Part shown: piece by piece, positions 51,201 through 63,659 of the stretch | Layout: every line of letters starts with the position of its first letter | Numbering within the stretch: position 1 is the stretch's first letter | From: Octopus sinensis | Taxonomy: Eukaryota | Length of the DNA: 64,000 bases | Assembly (NCBI RefSeq): GCF_006345805.1 | Contig: NC_043001.1 | Coordinates: forward strand, 119,846,001-119,910,000 | Direction: 5' to 3' | Notes under the pieces: generated by a model | What the model was told of the DNA's origin: nothing | Databases searched by the model: none | What the model saw: only the letters and a program-made list of their open reading frames with translations | Program-made: the position numbers and the translations under genes

Positions 51201-53475
51201 CAAGTTGACAGCTCCAGGATAAACATGGACAAGGAAGCCTTGTAAAAAACCGTGACGCAATGTCTTCTTCCTGACCAGCACATTAAAAAAATCTTATCGG
51301 CTGTACTCTTCCAAAATTTTGCCTTGTCTATAAATAGGAAAACTATTTACTATGCAGTGTGAGATTGACGTGGTGGAGAGGATTAAGTACTGAATACCCA
51401 GCTCACGGTATTCTTTAAGGAACAAAACTCCTGTGTTGAAGCATCTTCAGAACTTCATGAATATCTACATAAGGTAATGGGGAACCATTCTAATATAATT
51501 CTCATTTTTATATATTATGCACTAAGTTAATTTCATTGGTAATGAATATTATCAATTGAATCGATTTCATTATAATATTTATTTTATCGATTTGGAGGAG
51601 GAAATGGCAAAAATTAGTGTTGCTTATTTTGGACGTAGAAGAATCGATCTGAGCCAAGAAAGGCTTTTATTCTGGCACCCTATCATATATGCTACCGCAT
51701 AGGGATATATTAATTTCAAATGTTAACACAAGGCCACCAGTTTTGGAGGAGCACAAGAATCGATTAAATCACACCTTATATTCTGTGAGCACTTATTTTA
51801 AAGAACTCAGTAGAATAGAAAGGAACGTTACTCCTGAGATTTCAAATCAGAACGTAGAAATGTAACTAAATACGCCAAAACAACTTATTCTTCTAATCTC
51901 TGCCCATTATTTTGCGCAATTTGTTTTCGGTATGACTATAAACTACAGACGGTTGTGAAGCCTGGTTCGGGAGTTTCATGGTTTGAAGTGTGTAGAACTA
52001 CCTTTTAGACACTATTGTTCCCAGATCTACTCTGACCTGATGTAGTAGCGCCTGTCGGGGTTCCGCTATAGATTAATTAGCATATTAGGTCTTACTCACC
52101 TACTGTTTACCTATGTAAGTGAAGACCGGATCGGGCAAATTCTTCCGAAGAAGACTTCATGGTTCAGCAGAGGAGAAGGCAGCTGCACTATGGAGTGCCA
52201 AGTGCAAGATGCAGAAAGAAAAGCATTTTTAAAAATTTGTTATTCGAACTTTGAATTGTCAGACTAGATCGATACATCGACTGCAAGAAAAGTAGATACA
52301 AACAAATAGATGAACTGAACTGAAATGACATGAAAATAATCTTGGTTGGCAAACAACTTAGACTGATCTTTGTTATTGAAAACTCTAATGATGGTGACGG
52401 TGAGTGGATGATGAAAAGTATATATATTTTTATTGGACTTAACGCATGCATACAATATAAAAGTTTGCCTCGATCTTACAGGCTCAAGGGGCCGTGAATT
52501 ATCTAGATTTTTAGGGCGTTTAAGCCTCAGGGAATACAAGAGTTCACTATTCCCTAAACGTTGTTGAATTAATTCCCTGCTGCTGCTGCTGGTACTGAAT
52601 TCTGTAGAGTTGATAGAAGCAGGGTGCAGTGAGATACCTTGATGACGCACCGTCCAGCCTGAGAATCGGACCCAAGTTCTAACAATCATGAGCCAATACC
52701 CAAAACACTAAGCTACGCGTTCTCGGTGTGTGGTCATGGGAAAATACTTGTCTGCTAGAACAATTGAGATAAAGCTTCTTGAGAGTTGTGGTAGGTATTA
52801 TAGTTATTTTCTCCAGTTACACTGAGACCATTACGTATTTTTCTCCCTCGAAGTAAGTTATCAATTGCTTGTCACAAATAAGCGAATAATGCAATCAGTT
52901 ACTGGACCTTTATGCAAAAACTGGTTTTAGGATATTCCCCTGATCTCGTTTCTGCATAAAAATCATATTTCTTTTATCTTTTACTTATTCTATTCATTAG
53001 ATTGCTGCCCCACTGGGGCACTGCTTTGAGAAATTTTTAGTCGAATGAATCGACTTCAGTACTTATTTTTTAGGTCTGGTACTTATTCTATCGTTCTTTT
53101 TTGCCGAAACACTAAGTCATGGGGACGTAAACACACGGATGGTGGTAGGTACAAACACAAAGGCACACATACACATATATATATATACATGTGTGTGTGT
53201 ACGATAGAATTATGTGGTTGAGAAGCAAGCTTCTTATCATACAGACACGCTTACGCCTCAAAAATATTTTATGGTGTTCTTTTATTTAATAGAATACTTT
53301 CTTTGGCAATTTTCTTCCGTTTCTGCTGATTTTTTTTTTTACTTTTTGAAGCCTGATGGTCAGTAGAGTTAAAAACTAACTGTAATGTCTCCGGGTCCTT
53401 TTGCATCATATTCAGTGGCACTCTATTGTATACCTTGGTTCTTGTGGCCTGAGACGTAAGTAATATGTATGAACT

Positions 53476-53740
53476 TGTAGTGTAGGCTTGGGTGAAATTC
53501 CTCTCTCCCATTTATTATATATACGTGCATCCGAACGTAGCAGGGAACAGCTAGCCTTTGGCCGCTATTTGGATCCCTTTGTGTACTCTGGGTGATACTG
53601 GTGCAATTTGTCTACAACTCTGTTGCGCCAACTTTCCCTCTGACATTTATTTGTACTATTCGATATCTTTTCATTGTAACGGCCGTGTGATATGGTACAA
53701 GAGAGTCATTCTCTGCACCTCACATCGCACGGCCTTTACA
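53476..53740 (+). mobile_element. Gypsy-like LTR (TGTAG...TTACA, 265 bp) followed by a tRNA-Trp PBS
   Basis: TG...CA termini; aat-TGGTGAC(A)CCGACGTG follows immediately; homologous pieces at 57836-58026, 58287-58458 and 59718-59790. No gag/pol found. Confidence 0.72.
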
Positions 53741-54204
53741 AATTGGTGACACCGACGTGATTCGAACACGCATTCACCGGTCATTACAAATTGGTGACCC
53801 GACATGGAACACACAACCACGGCCATTACAAATTGGTGACCCAACTTACAACATGCATCCACAGCCTTACTTTACAACCTCTTTGAATTTCAAATGGATA
53901 TATCAGCATGACCGTCATCATTCAACGGGTGCTTACTTCAAAATAATCAGGTATTTTGTAAAATCATAACATATGAAGGTCTTCAAATTATCCAAAACTG
54001 CTCAGGAGCCAATGTCCGAAATGTATTATCTTACTTGAGATGTGTTGTTTCTAGATGCATCAGTTACGGCGACTAAATGCCGGGCATAATAAGCTGATTC
54101 GAATGCGGCAAAAACTGTGATTTCTTTATCTATGGTTCATTGCTGCATCTGATGTGATAGCATTGATCTATCTACCACCCATTAACATGTATGTTGGTCT
54201 AATT

Positions 54205-54450
54205 CTATCTATCTATCTGCTCAGTCGAAGTCGACTCTCGGTCACTCGTTGGATCAGTGTCCTCCAGTCAGTTCTATCCTGGGCCGCTTCTTTCAGATTG
54301 GCTATGTCCTTTCCGGTATCTCTCTTGATGGTATCAAGCCAGCGAGTTCTTGGTCGGCCTCTTCCTCTCTTGCCACTGACCATTCCGAGCATGATGTCCT
54401 TCTCCAGGGATTTTCTCCGCATAATATGACCGAAATATGCCAATCTATGC
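54205..54450 (-). mobile_element. 5'-truncated RTE (BovB/Expander-like) LINE with target-site duplication
   Basis: Open frame YFGHIMRRKSLEKDIMLGMVSGKRGRGRPRTRWLD...QDRTDWR; (ATAG)n tail; TSD ttggtctaatt at 54194-54204 and 54451-54461. Confidence 0.88.
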
Positions 54451-57302
54451 TTGGTCTAATTAGAAGATCAAAATGTGAAACTTAAAAAGAAAAAGCGACG
54501 AGCAACGAGAAAAGACAGAAAGAGCGAGAAAGAAAGAGGGGGCGAATGAACAGGGGATACAAGTAAGTCAAATGTCAGCAAAATCTTTTATTCTCATCTC
54601 ACCAATGCGCTTACTTTCAGGATCAAATTTAGACTTGAATTCGTTTATAATTTAATAAGTTAATTAATTAACTCGACTAAATGTTATTTCTATAGACTTT
54701 AAAGTTACATTGTGTAGCATACACAGAACTTTACTATAGAAATACATTGAAAGCGTACCGAGTATGCTTATCCAGTTGCTCGGGTAACTATATAAGTTCG
54801 GTTTTGTTGTTAAAATTAAAGATAAAATATCCACTTATTTGCCACAAACCAGAATTTGACAAGGTTGTGTTCTTAAATCTGTTTTTGTTTTTTTAAATTA
54901 AAACTTCTAGAATTAAAACCTTTTTTTTTAAATATAGCCATCAGTGCAAGTACGAAAGTGTTCAACTCTGAAGGGAATACACACTCGAATACATCGGTTA
55001 CATCTGAGTATCTTACTCTCGCCACTTTCGTGTTTTTAAATGTTTGATTATGTATAAGTCTAGTTTCTGCAATGCCAAACGAATGAGACGGTAGATTCTG
55101 TCTTTAGTTTAATTTAGATCAACTTGGCCTTTATTGTTTCGAGATCGATAAAATATAGCAACAGTCAACAGTAGATATTATATTCCTAAGGTGTATTCTA
55201 GGCGCGAATGAATTATGATAGAAGACTGAAAATGACACTAGACTTCTTGCAGGTGTCTTTTCCTGCGGAAAGGATTGAATTCAGTGCTATACGACAAGTT
55301 GACTTTAGTTACATTGTTAAATTACACCAGCCACGATAACAATACATTTCGACAAGGTCTGTGTTAGGCTGTGGGTACAGAGAAGTAAAAACCACTTTAA
55401 CACGAGTAATTTCCCTTAGATGCATTATTTCTGGCAATATATTTTACCAAGATTGTCTTTTTCATATGATATTTCTGATAATTTATAGTTGGCAAAAGAA
55501 GAAATTTATTAATGACAAAAGATATAAGTTATTTTGATTGGTTATAAATAACTAATAAAAGGAATCTTAGTCAATTGCTGCTTGGAATTTCTAATCATTT
55601 CACAATAACAGGGTTAATTGTATCTTACATAGATTCTACAATATATTTAACAAGGTGCCTATTTAAATCCCAGTTATTTAGCTTATTTGTGTTTATCCAA
55701 GTTTTCCTTGTTACTTCTGGAACCTTTCTTCCACTGAATTATTGAATTCTTTTTATTGTACTGGTAACCGTGTTCAATGAAGCAAACCCTTGATCGTCGA
55801 GTTGAGTCACAAGATAGCGTAAGCATACAGATCGTGTGAAATGTTATATTTTTCTCTTTACATACATGCATTGTATTGCATTCATACTAAAGATTGCATC
55901 TGATCACTGGTATATTCTTATTTGTAATAGACTTATGCCAGTTATACTATGGTTCAAGTGATACCTGACCAAACTGGCTGTCATGTAACACCTCACCGAC
56001 CTCATTGACATTATGATGAAAAATGAACTCCATTTTTAGTAAACGAACTTTTGCTGTATTCTGTAACACAGTTGCCTATACACATGAAAAATGAATGAAC
56101 AGAAGGTAATATTCAACTTTATTTCTTAACACATTATGAAAGAGACGCTTCTTCTTCCTATGTAAACTATCGGACCGTTGCGCCTCGATATACTGTTTTT
56201 CCAACACATCGAATAAAATCATTGCTTTACACTGGACATATACTGCTTTCTGCACTTTTTTTCAACTTGTTATAATATTTTAAACTGCGTTAAACACTCA
56301 ACTGGAATCTCGTTCAAGCTTTCTGGGGGGTAATCCCATTACCTGATCCTTCTTCTCATCATCGAAGTAAAACTTGAGGTTACATATGATTCACATGAAT
56401 GCTTTGAACTCATCCAGAGATGTAACCCAAATCGATCCGCCTTTTTTTTTTTTTTTTTTTGTTAACAAAGAACTTAATCAAATTAAAGTTTAATTGGTAT
56501 AATCTAGGTTGTCGATTTTTGCATGATCACCAACTTCTGTACTGGGTACTTTGTTTTCCTATCAGCATAGTATTTCATGTTAGATTTTACTCTATCATTT
56601 TACTGTTTCAGGAATTTCATAACGAGGAAGTTTAGCCGATTAGAGTTGATTTGAGAAAAAAAAATGCTGCTGCTGCTATTTCTGTTGATAAATGAGAATT
56701 CTTTTTATGAAGCAATGCTTTTTCACGTCTGCTGTTTATATTGGTCGAACTGGTTTCCTGCATTAACCAACTTCTTCATCTTCCACGCTATACTCGTTCA
56801 AGTTTTCTCTGTGTATTCTCATTATCTGATTTTTTCCCCCTCCTCATCCTCGATGTAAAATTTGATGTTAAATATGGTTCGCACGACTGCTTTCAACTCA
56901 TCCAAAGGCGTAACCCAAATTGATCTGCCGTTTCTTTTGTTCACGACGGGCATAGCGTAGTAGATAAAAACGTTGGTCAATGCAGCGCGATCACCTAGAG
57001 GTTCTGAGTTCAATTGAAGCCAAAAATGTCAGAGAGCGGAATGAGAACAGTGTACCTCAGTGGATCAAATAAAGGATTAGGTTAGAAATTCCGATGCAAC
57101 AACCGAGTTCAACACAAGACACCTGAAGAACAGCCGAAATGTAGTGAAATCAACAGTCAAGATGAGGACACCAGTCCGGCTAATATAAACAATATGCATA
57201 ATATCAATTCTTCGTCTCACAAGTAGCATTAACATAGAACTTCCTGTCTTGTTTCGAAGTGAGATAATGTCTATGATATTACACATTGTTTTAAGTCTGT
57301 CT

Positions 57303-57341
<39 letters not shown>

Positions 57342-57835
57342 TATCCCTCCCTCCCTCCTTCCCATCCTCTTCTCGCTCGTCATTTTCCTTAGTATGTCTG
57401 TCTTAATGACTTAATCTTTTGCATTTCCAAAGCATTTTCATAAGTTTGTCCTAAACGTCCATTGCTTTCAATCATTCAGTTTAGACCTCGTTTTATACGT
57501 TCTGAATAATAGCAAAATTTTCTTTTCATAACTCCCAAGTTGTCCTTGTTGCTGAAAGAAAAAATTGGGAGTGTGTATCATATATATTGCATGGATGCCA
57601 CAAGAGAAGCAAAAGGTTAGAATACTATGAGACAACCAAAGATGTTAAATAAACTCAACCTTAACTTCTGAATTCGATTAGTGTCGTTGGATGTTTAAAG
57701 TGAGTGACAGCATTAAATATATCCAGCGTTGGATTAACTTACTGGCTTGACACATCAAAGCCAAAATATTCTATCTCGCATCAAAAATACATTTCTTGTG
57801 ATTTAAAGTAAAGCTAATTGTTACCCAATATCGTT

Positions 57836-58140
57836 TGTAGCGTAGACTCGGGTGAAATCCCTCTCTCCCATTTATTATATATACGTGCATTCGAACGTAG
57901 CAGGGAACAGATCCCCTCTGATACTTAATCTGTGCTATTCCAATTTCTCTTTATTGCAACAGTCGTGTGGTGTGGTGTTGTGCAAAAGGGCCATTCTCAT
58001 CACATCATATCCCACGGACTCTTACAAATTGGTGACCCGACTTAGAATACGTATACACGGTTACTCCATTACAAACTGGTGACCTCGTCAAGAACTATGG
58101 CTCAGTTACTCCATTACTAAGTAGTGACCCTGTCAGGAAC
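57836..58140 (+). mobile_element. Second LTR copy (internally deleted) with reiterated PBS-like units
   Basis: Shares tgtagcgtagactcgggtgaaat...ttattatatatacgtgcattcgaacgtagcagggaacag with 53476 and ends in ttacaaattggtgaccc. Confidence 0.68.
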
Positions 58141-60900
58141 AAAGATCTTCAAATTCTTTGGTCAATGCCAGCTTTCATTTTACTTTAATGACCAATCGTT
58201 TTTTCTAATTTCACCTCTTAGCTACAGATATATCTTCCTTTTATCGTCTATTTTGTCTCCTACAAAATGACTGATGAGGGGCTCTCAGTAGCGCAGACTC
58301 GGGTGAAATACTTCTCTCTCCATTTATTATATATACGTGCATTCGAACGCAGCAGGGAGCAGCAAGTCTTTGGCCGCTATTTGGATCCCGTTGTATCCAC
58401 TACTGTGATTGGCTGGTATTGGCGCAGTTTGTCTCTTACTCTGTCGCGCCATCTTGCCGTGTATAACTAGTCGGAGGCCCTAAATAAGATCACGTGGGAT
58501 AGCTGTTCACTGCCCCGTTTGAGCCTACAGTTTCTTATAAAAACTCAGCTTTTCCAGGTCTTTGGTTCATGACCTTTTATGGTCTAGCCACTAACCACAA
58601 AGACAGCCAGTTCCAGCGACAACACCACCACCATAGCAGCTACGTTGAGACTCACTAACTTCGTCCAACAGCATTACAGCAACATCCTTCTTCATCGCCA
58701 CCATAATGTTCTTAACGTCGTCAACATCATCTCTCTTCGTACACAGCTCAACAAGCAATTCACCCAGGTTCCAACAGTTCACTGTTCGTGAATTATTTCA
58801 TCATGGATCAACGGCGAATATACAACCTGTATGAACTCCTGTACAAGTGACTCAGGTAGCATGATCACAGCCACGACTTCACATATGACATGTACCTGTA
58901 ATCGGCTCAACATCATGGCTACGACTTCTTGATACAGTATTTCAACTCCCGTGTACTATTGACTACGAACTGGCATTATTTTTCTTGCGTCTATGAACTT
59001 TTCACTTCGATGGTTACAGACTCTTTCACTGTCATCATCTTCATCGCCATCCTTATATGTTTGTAAATAATATTTATTCGTTTGCCCGAATGATAGTTAG
59101 AGAGACAGTAGCAATTCTAGTGATAGTGACAAGGCTCGCTGATTAGTTGTTGATAGTGTAGAAAAAGGTTGTCTGTCAGTAGAGAGTGAAAAAGTAAGGG
59201 ATGCACGGTGTTGACTAGAAAAGAAGAGAGGATAAAGGTGACATCATCTTTCTTGCGGCCGAGGAAAGTGCCGCTGTTGATCATGACTGACGTAAAAGAG
59301 CGAGTGCTGCGCCTTGGTCATAACTGACACATAAGAGGAAGAGATAGGATTTTTTTCCTGTTATATAGACTATGGTCAGTAATGTAGGTCAAACCTTAAA
59401 GAAAAAACTGACCTTTCTTTGATCAGCACAGGTCCTAGGGGGTCGAGTATTTCCTCATCAATCATCTGGTGTGAAGGGGATCTCCCGCTCGTTTTGACAA
59501 GCAACAAGCGGGTGGCTTTGGTTTCAATTCTTAGGCAAGGTCAAGCTAGATCCCTACATGTTCTTAACACGCGCACACATCAATGCCTACACGCACACAC
59601 ACATTTTGTCCTCATGACAGCCTGTCTATTATTCTGTATACATGACGCGCACACAGACGCACATGTTATCCTTCAATAAATGTTCTCTTAATCATTCTCA
59701 CGCGGTTGTGTATCTTTTACCCTTTGACATTTATGTGTGCTATTCAATACCTTTTCATTGTATCGGCTACGTGATGTTGCACGGCCATTACACGTTAAAC
59801 CCCGATTTAGTGTCATGTGTTAGTTTCCTTCAGACTTGCCATTAATTAGAATATCATCTGAAGTATTACTTATGTTAAGTTTAGTCTTAAAACGGCTGCT
59901 AATGATTTCCTACAATTCTTCAATTGCTGAGGAAATTCTTAGAACCAAACGCTTATCCCGATCTAATCTACTAGAAGTTTTAAAAATGATTAGATGGGCA
60001 ATGGATAAATGATTGGTTAGGCTGGTTTAGGTTGCGTGTTGTTACCCACATTAAAACACGTCCATTTGGAGCTTTCAATAAAACCATTTATTTATACATA
60101 AGCATTACAATGGTTACAGTAGTTACTTACCTGTATCTCTAATTACCAGTAACGATTTATTTATATATGTATGTTGGCTCAGCATTAGATAGCAACATCT
60201 ACGTGTGGGGCAAGAGGTGAAGATCAAGAATAGTAGACGAAGTGATTCTTTTTAACCCGAGGTCGAGCAACCAGCCAAAAATCATGTTTGCCTGTCTTCT
60301 CTGGGACTTCTCAACCTCTGCTTCTCTGCTTCTGCTGCGCCTAACTCGTTCCCCAACCCTTGAGAACGTGGCACGAACTGCAATGTATGGCCATATATTG
60401 GCGAGTAACTCATGGGAATTTCCATTCTAAATCATACGATGGAACAAAGCTGAAATATACTCGGTCAGAATTCAAGGTAAGTCACCGGATATGCTGTAGC
60501 CTATTACTCGTTACTGAGCTAAAGCGCTTTCAAATCCAAGTCTCGCTACAAAGCAAATGCTTGCTGACGCGAAAATATCTAGTTTCATAAAGAAGCTTGT
60601 TCCATTCAAGTATTTTAGAATATTTTAGAACAGTGGGTATTGGATATTTATTCCTTTGGATAATTCGAACGTAAAAACGGACGAAATGCCGCTAAGCATT
60701 CTGCCCGTAGCGCCGCCTTAGTAACCACATATACATATATTAAAAGAGACAGAAATCAGTGAAGGAGCCTCTCAGGCGGTCGATTGGCTTGCTTGAGATA
60801 GCAGTCAAGTTCTCTCAAATCAAATCCTACCATCTTAAAACAGGAAATGTACATCAGGCAATGTACACACACGCACACACACATGTTATTATTGTTGTTG

Positions 60901-60948
<48 letters not shown>

Positions 60949-61136
60949 TATGTTTGACTTTTTCTTTATATTTGTACAAGTTGGCTCCAAGTCTCACCCA
61001 GAGACCTCGAGAGACAGGCTGGAAGTTCGTGTTGTTGTTATGCATAGTGTGCCATATACTTAGTTTTGTATTTAGTGTTGTACTAGTGAATGTCTAAAAA
61101 AAACCCCAAAAAACCAAATTTATGTTTGTTTTAAAA

Positions 61137-61187
<51 letters not shown>

Positions 61188-61201
61188 CATTATTATTATT
61201 A

Positions 61202-61237
<36 letters not shown>

Positions 61238-61601
61238 AAGCAGTTTGATTCGGCCCTATTTCGTTGGTTTCTTACAGCAACCTAGCTCGTTTGAGTTAAC
61301 CAATTAGGGGCAAATCAAACTGTTTTAAATAATATATGTCACTCCAACCAAATGTGTTGAGAGCCTCTTTCTTTCGTTTGTCCACTCACTTGTGTGTGAT
61401 GTATATGATAGATCGCTAACCACTAAACGTTTTTCTATTTTCTCTCCTTGTTTATTTCTGTGTTCCTTTCTACCGAAGAGCATAGGCTCGAAACGTAAAA
61501 GACTTTCTCACTTCCCGAGCGTTAAAGTAATACATCTGATTGTTGTTTACACACCCGTCTTCGTCTTTTGTTTTTCTTTTTTCTAAATTCTCACTATATA
61601 T

Positions 61602-61824
61602 ATTCTTTTATTCTTTTATATGTTTCAGTCCAAAGACTGTGGCCATGCTGGAGCACCGCCATTGTAATCATCTTTCCACTTTCCACCTTTGTCGGAGCGG
61701 CTTTTGGTGAAGGATGGAGTTCGATGCTACTGCCCTCGCTTGAGTTTCTTGCTTAGATATTGTCTCTTCCGGGATTTCGGAGACCCAGAGGTCAAGTTCA
61801 CGTTTGAAAACGTCCACATACACT

Positions 61825-61830
<6 letters not shown>
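61602..61830 (-). mobile_element. 3' end of a CR1/L2-like LINE
   Basis: VDVFKRELDLWVSEIPEE...ARAVASNSILHQ (FKxxLD motif), then a 3'UTR ending in (AAAAGAAT)n. Confidence 0.7.
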
Positions 61831-61905
<75 letters not shown>

Positions 61906-61931
61906 CATACATACATACATACATACATAAA

Positions 61932-61964
<33 letters not shown>

Positions 61965-62329
61965 GTTATACACACACACACACACACACACATATAACAG
62001 TTAAAAAGAGGAATAGCTAAAACGATAATGTCTTTAATCACAGATGTGCCGAACTTGAGATGACCAAGGACGGAACAATGAATTAAAAGAGAGTATTTAC
62101 TTTGAAAACACCCAAAATACAGCAACGGAAAAACAAAGCAAACAAGAAGTTAGGAATTAGATACGAAACTCAAACAAAGCTTAGCTCTCCATCTCAGCCG
62201 GCAAACGTAGTGCTCTCCCCTTAACGAGCACCTTGTCCTCGAAAAGATTTCAGTCGCGATTTCTTTCAATCCAAAGAGATTCGTCTTTCTGCGCACTTTC
62301 ATTCTGATTTCCTTCATTCATGTAAAGCA

Positions 62330-62525
62330 ATGCTGCCTCGCAAAGTGGCTCATAATGTGGGAAATTCTGCAGTATTTCGTACCTCTGACATAGCCATAAC
62401 CGAAGATGTCACATTTGAAGGGTTGTTATTGTCGGACGATGTCCTGAAAGGGCTTCAGAATTCGGGGTTCGTCAAACCCTCGCCCATCCAGCTCAAGTCC
62501 ATTCCACTGGGAAGATGTGGTTTAG
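62330..62525 (+). CDS. DDX20: DEAD-box helicase DDX20/Gemin3 coding exon 1
   Basis: MLPRKVAH...RTSDI...[37 protein letters not shown], including the Q motif and the DDX20-typical IPLGRCGLD; G|GTAAG donor. Confidence 0.94.
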
Positions 62526-63564
62526 GTAAGCTACCAATTCATTTCGTTATTAACTATTTTTCACAGAATACTTGTCAAATATTTCTTTTTCCTATTATAA
62601 AGCAGCACAAAAGATTTCCTAAAGGAAGCTGCGTGTTACACGCCTGTCTTCCAGTCACCATAAACAAAAAGACCAGCTTGACGAAGGCAAAATTTGAATG
62701 CAAAGTTATCAAGTCTCAAACTAAATCCTATGAAACTTAGTTTATCGCTCATCATCGATTCACCCTACTTTCATCATTTCACGTCCACACGCTGACCTCC
62801 GATGAACGGATCCTCATGGTTTTAGTAATTTTTTGTTTGGAATTGGTGCCCTCTGAGCTAAGTCAAAGGACCACATTTATCACTCATACACCTATTTAAA
62901 AAAAATAGATAAAAGTCTGTGGGCTTTTTAGAGGAAGAAACGATGGCATTATGGTACATTGGCATTTCCTTTCGTTTTACTTTCATTGTTGAATACTTTT
63001 GTTCTTTAAAGCATAATCAGAACTTAACTGCTCCCTGAATTAAAGAAACATTTAAACCAGTTACTTTTACGAAAAAAGGATCGATGTTTATTAGGTACTT
63101 CCGTGGAAATATTTTCACCCATACTCCCAAGTGGTATCCGACTTTTTAATCTTATTATCGATAAATAATGCTTCTTTTCATTTAATCGGCGAGTTAACTT
63201 ATATTTTGGAACATATTGCTATTTTATACTTACATTGAACTGTAAAAAGAGTACACTATATTTATATAAGCTAACGAAGGAATCTTTCTCATAGTTGCTT
63301 GACAAGCTAGAAATAGCAGCCAAGTCTCCCTCAAATCATATCCTACTATCTTAAAGATAGAAAATTTTATAATGTACATATCCCTAAAAAGTTGTGGTTG
63401 TAATGACTGGAATAGCTTTGTGCGTAAACCTAGACCAGTAAGGTTGACTTGAGGCAAAACAGCAATGCTATGTTCTGATAGATTTTTATGCAAATTTCTA
63501 TTATTTCCTGTATTTAAATATTTCAATTTCAACTTTGATCTTTAATTCTTTTTCTTTTTTTTAG

Positions 63565-63659
63565 ATTTAATTGTCCAAGCCAAAGCTGGAACTGGCAAGA
63601 CGTGTGTTTTCACTGTGGTTGCTTTAGAAGCACTACAGATCAACAGCCCAGCTATCCAG
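63565..63659 (+). CDS. DDX20: DDX20/Gemin3 coding exon 2 ([32 protein letters not shown]); gene continues beyond the window
   Basis: Long pyrimidine tract and TTAG acceptor; Walker A motif I (AxxGTGKT) in frame with exon 1; CAG|GTAAAA donor. Confidence 0.94.

Noticed and set aside
53728-53870. CRISPR-like repeat-spacer array
   Set aside because: Eukaryotic context, only three units, no cas genes, and the 'spacers' are decayed versions of one tRNA-complementary sequence.
58270-58310. CTGATGA...GAAA as a hammerhead
   Set aside because: No stem II or stem I pairing; the GAAA belongs to the LTR start.
62526-62740. Extension of the DDX20 ORF to 136 aa as in the ORF track
   Set aside because: Read-through past the GTAAG donor; homology resumes only at 63565.
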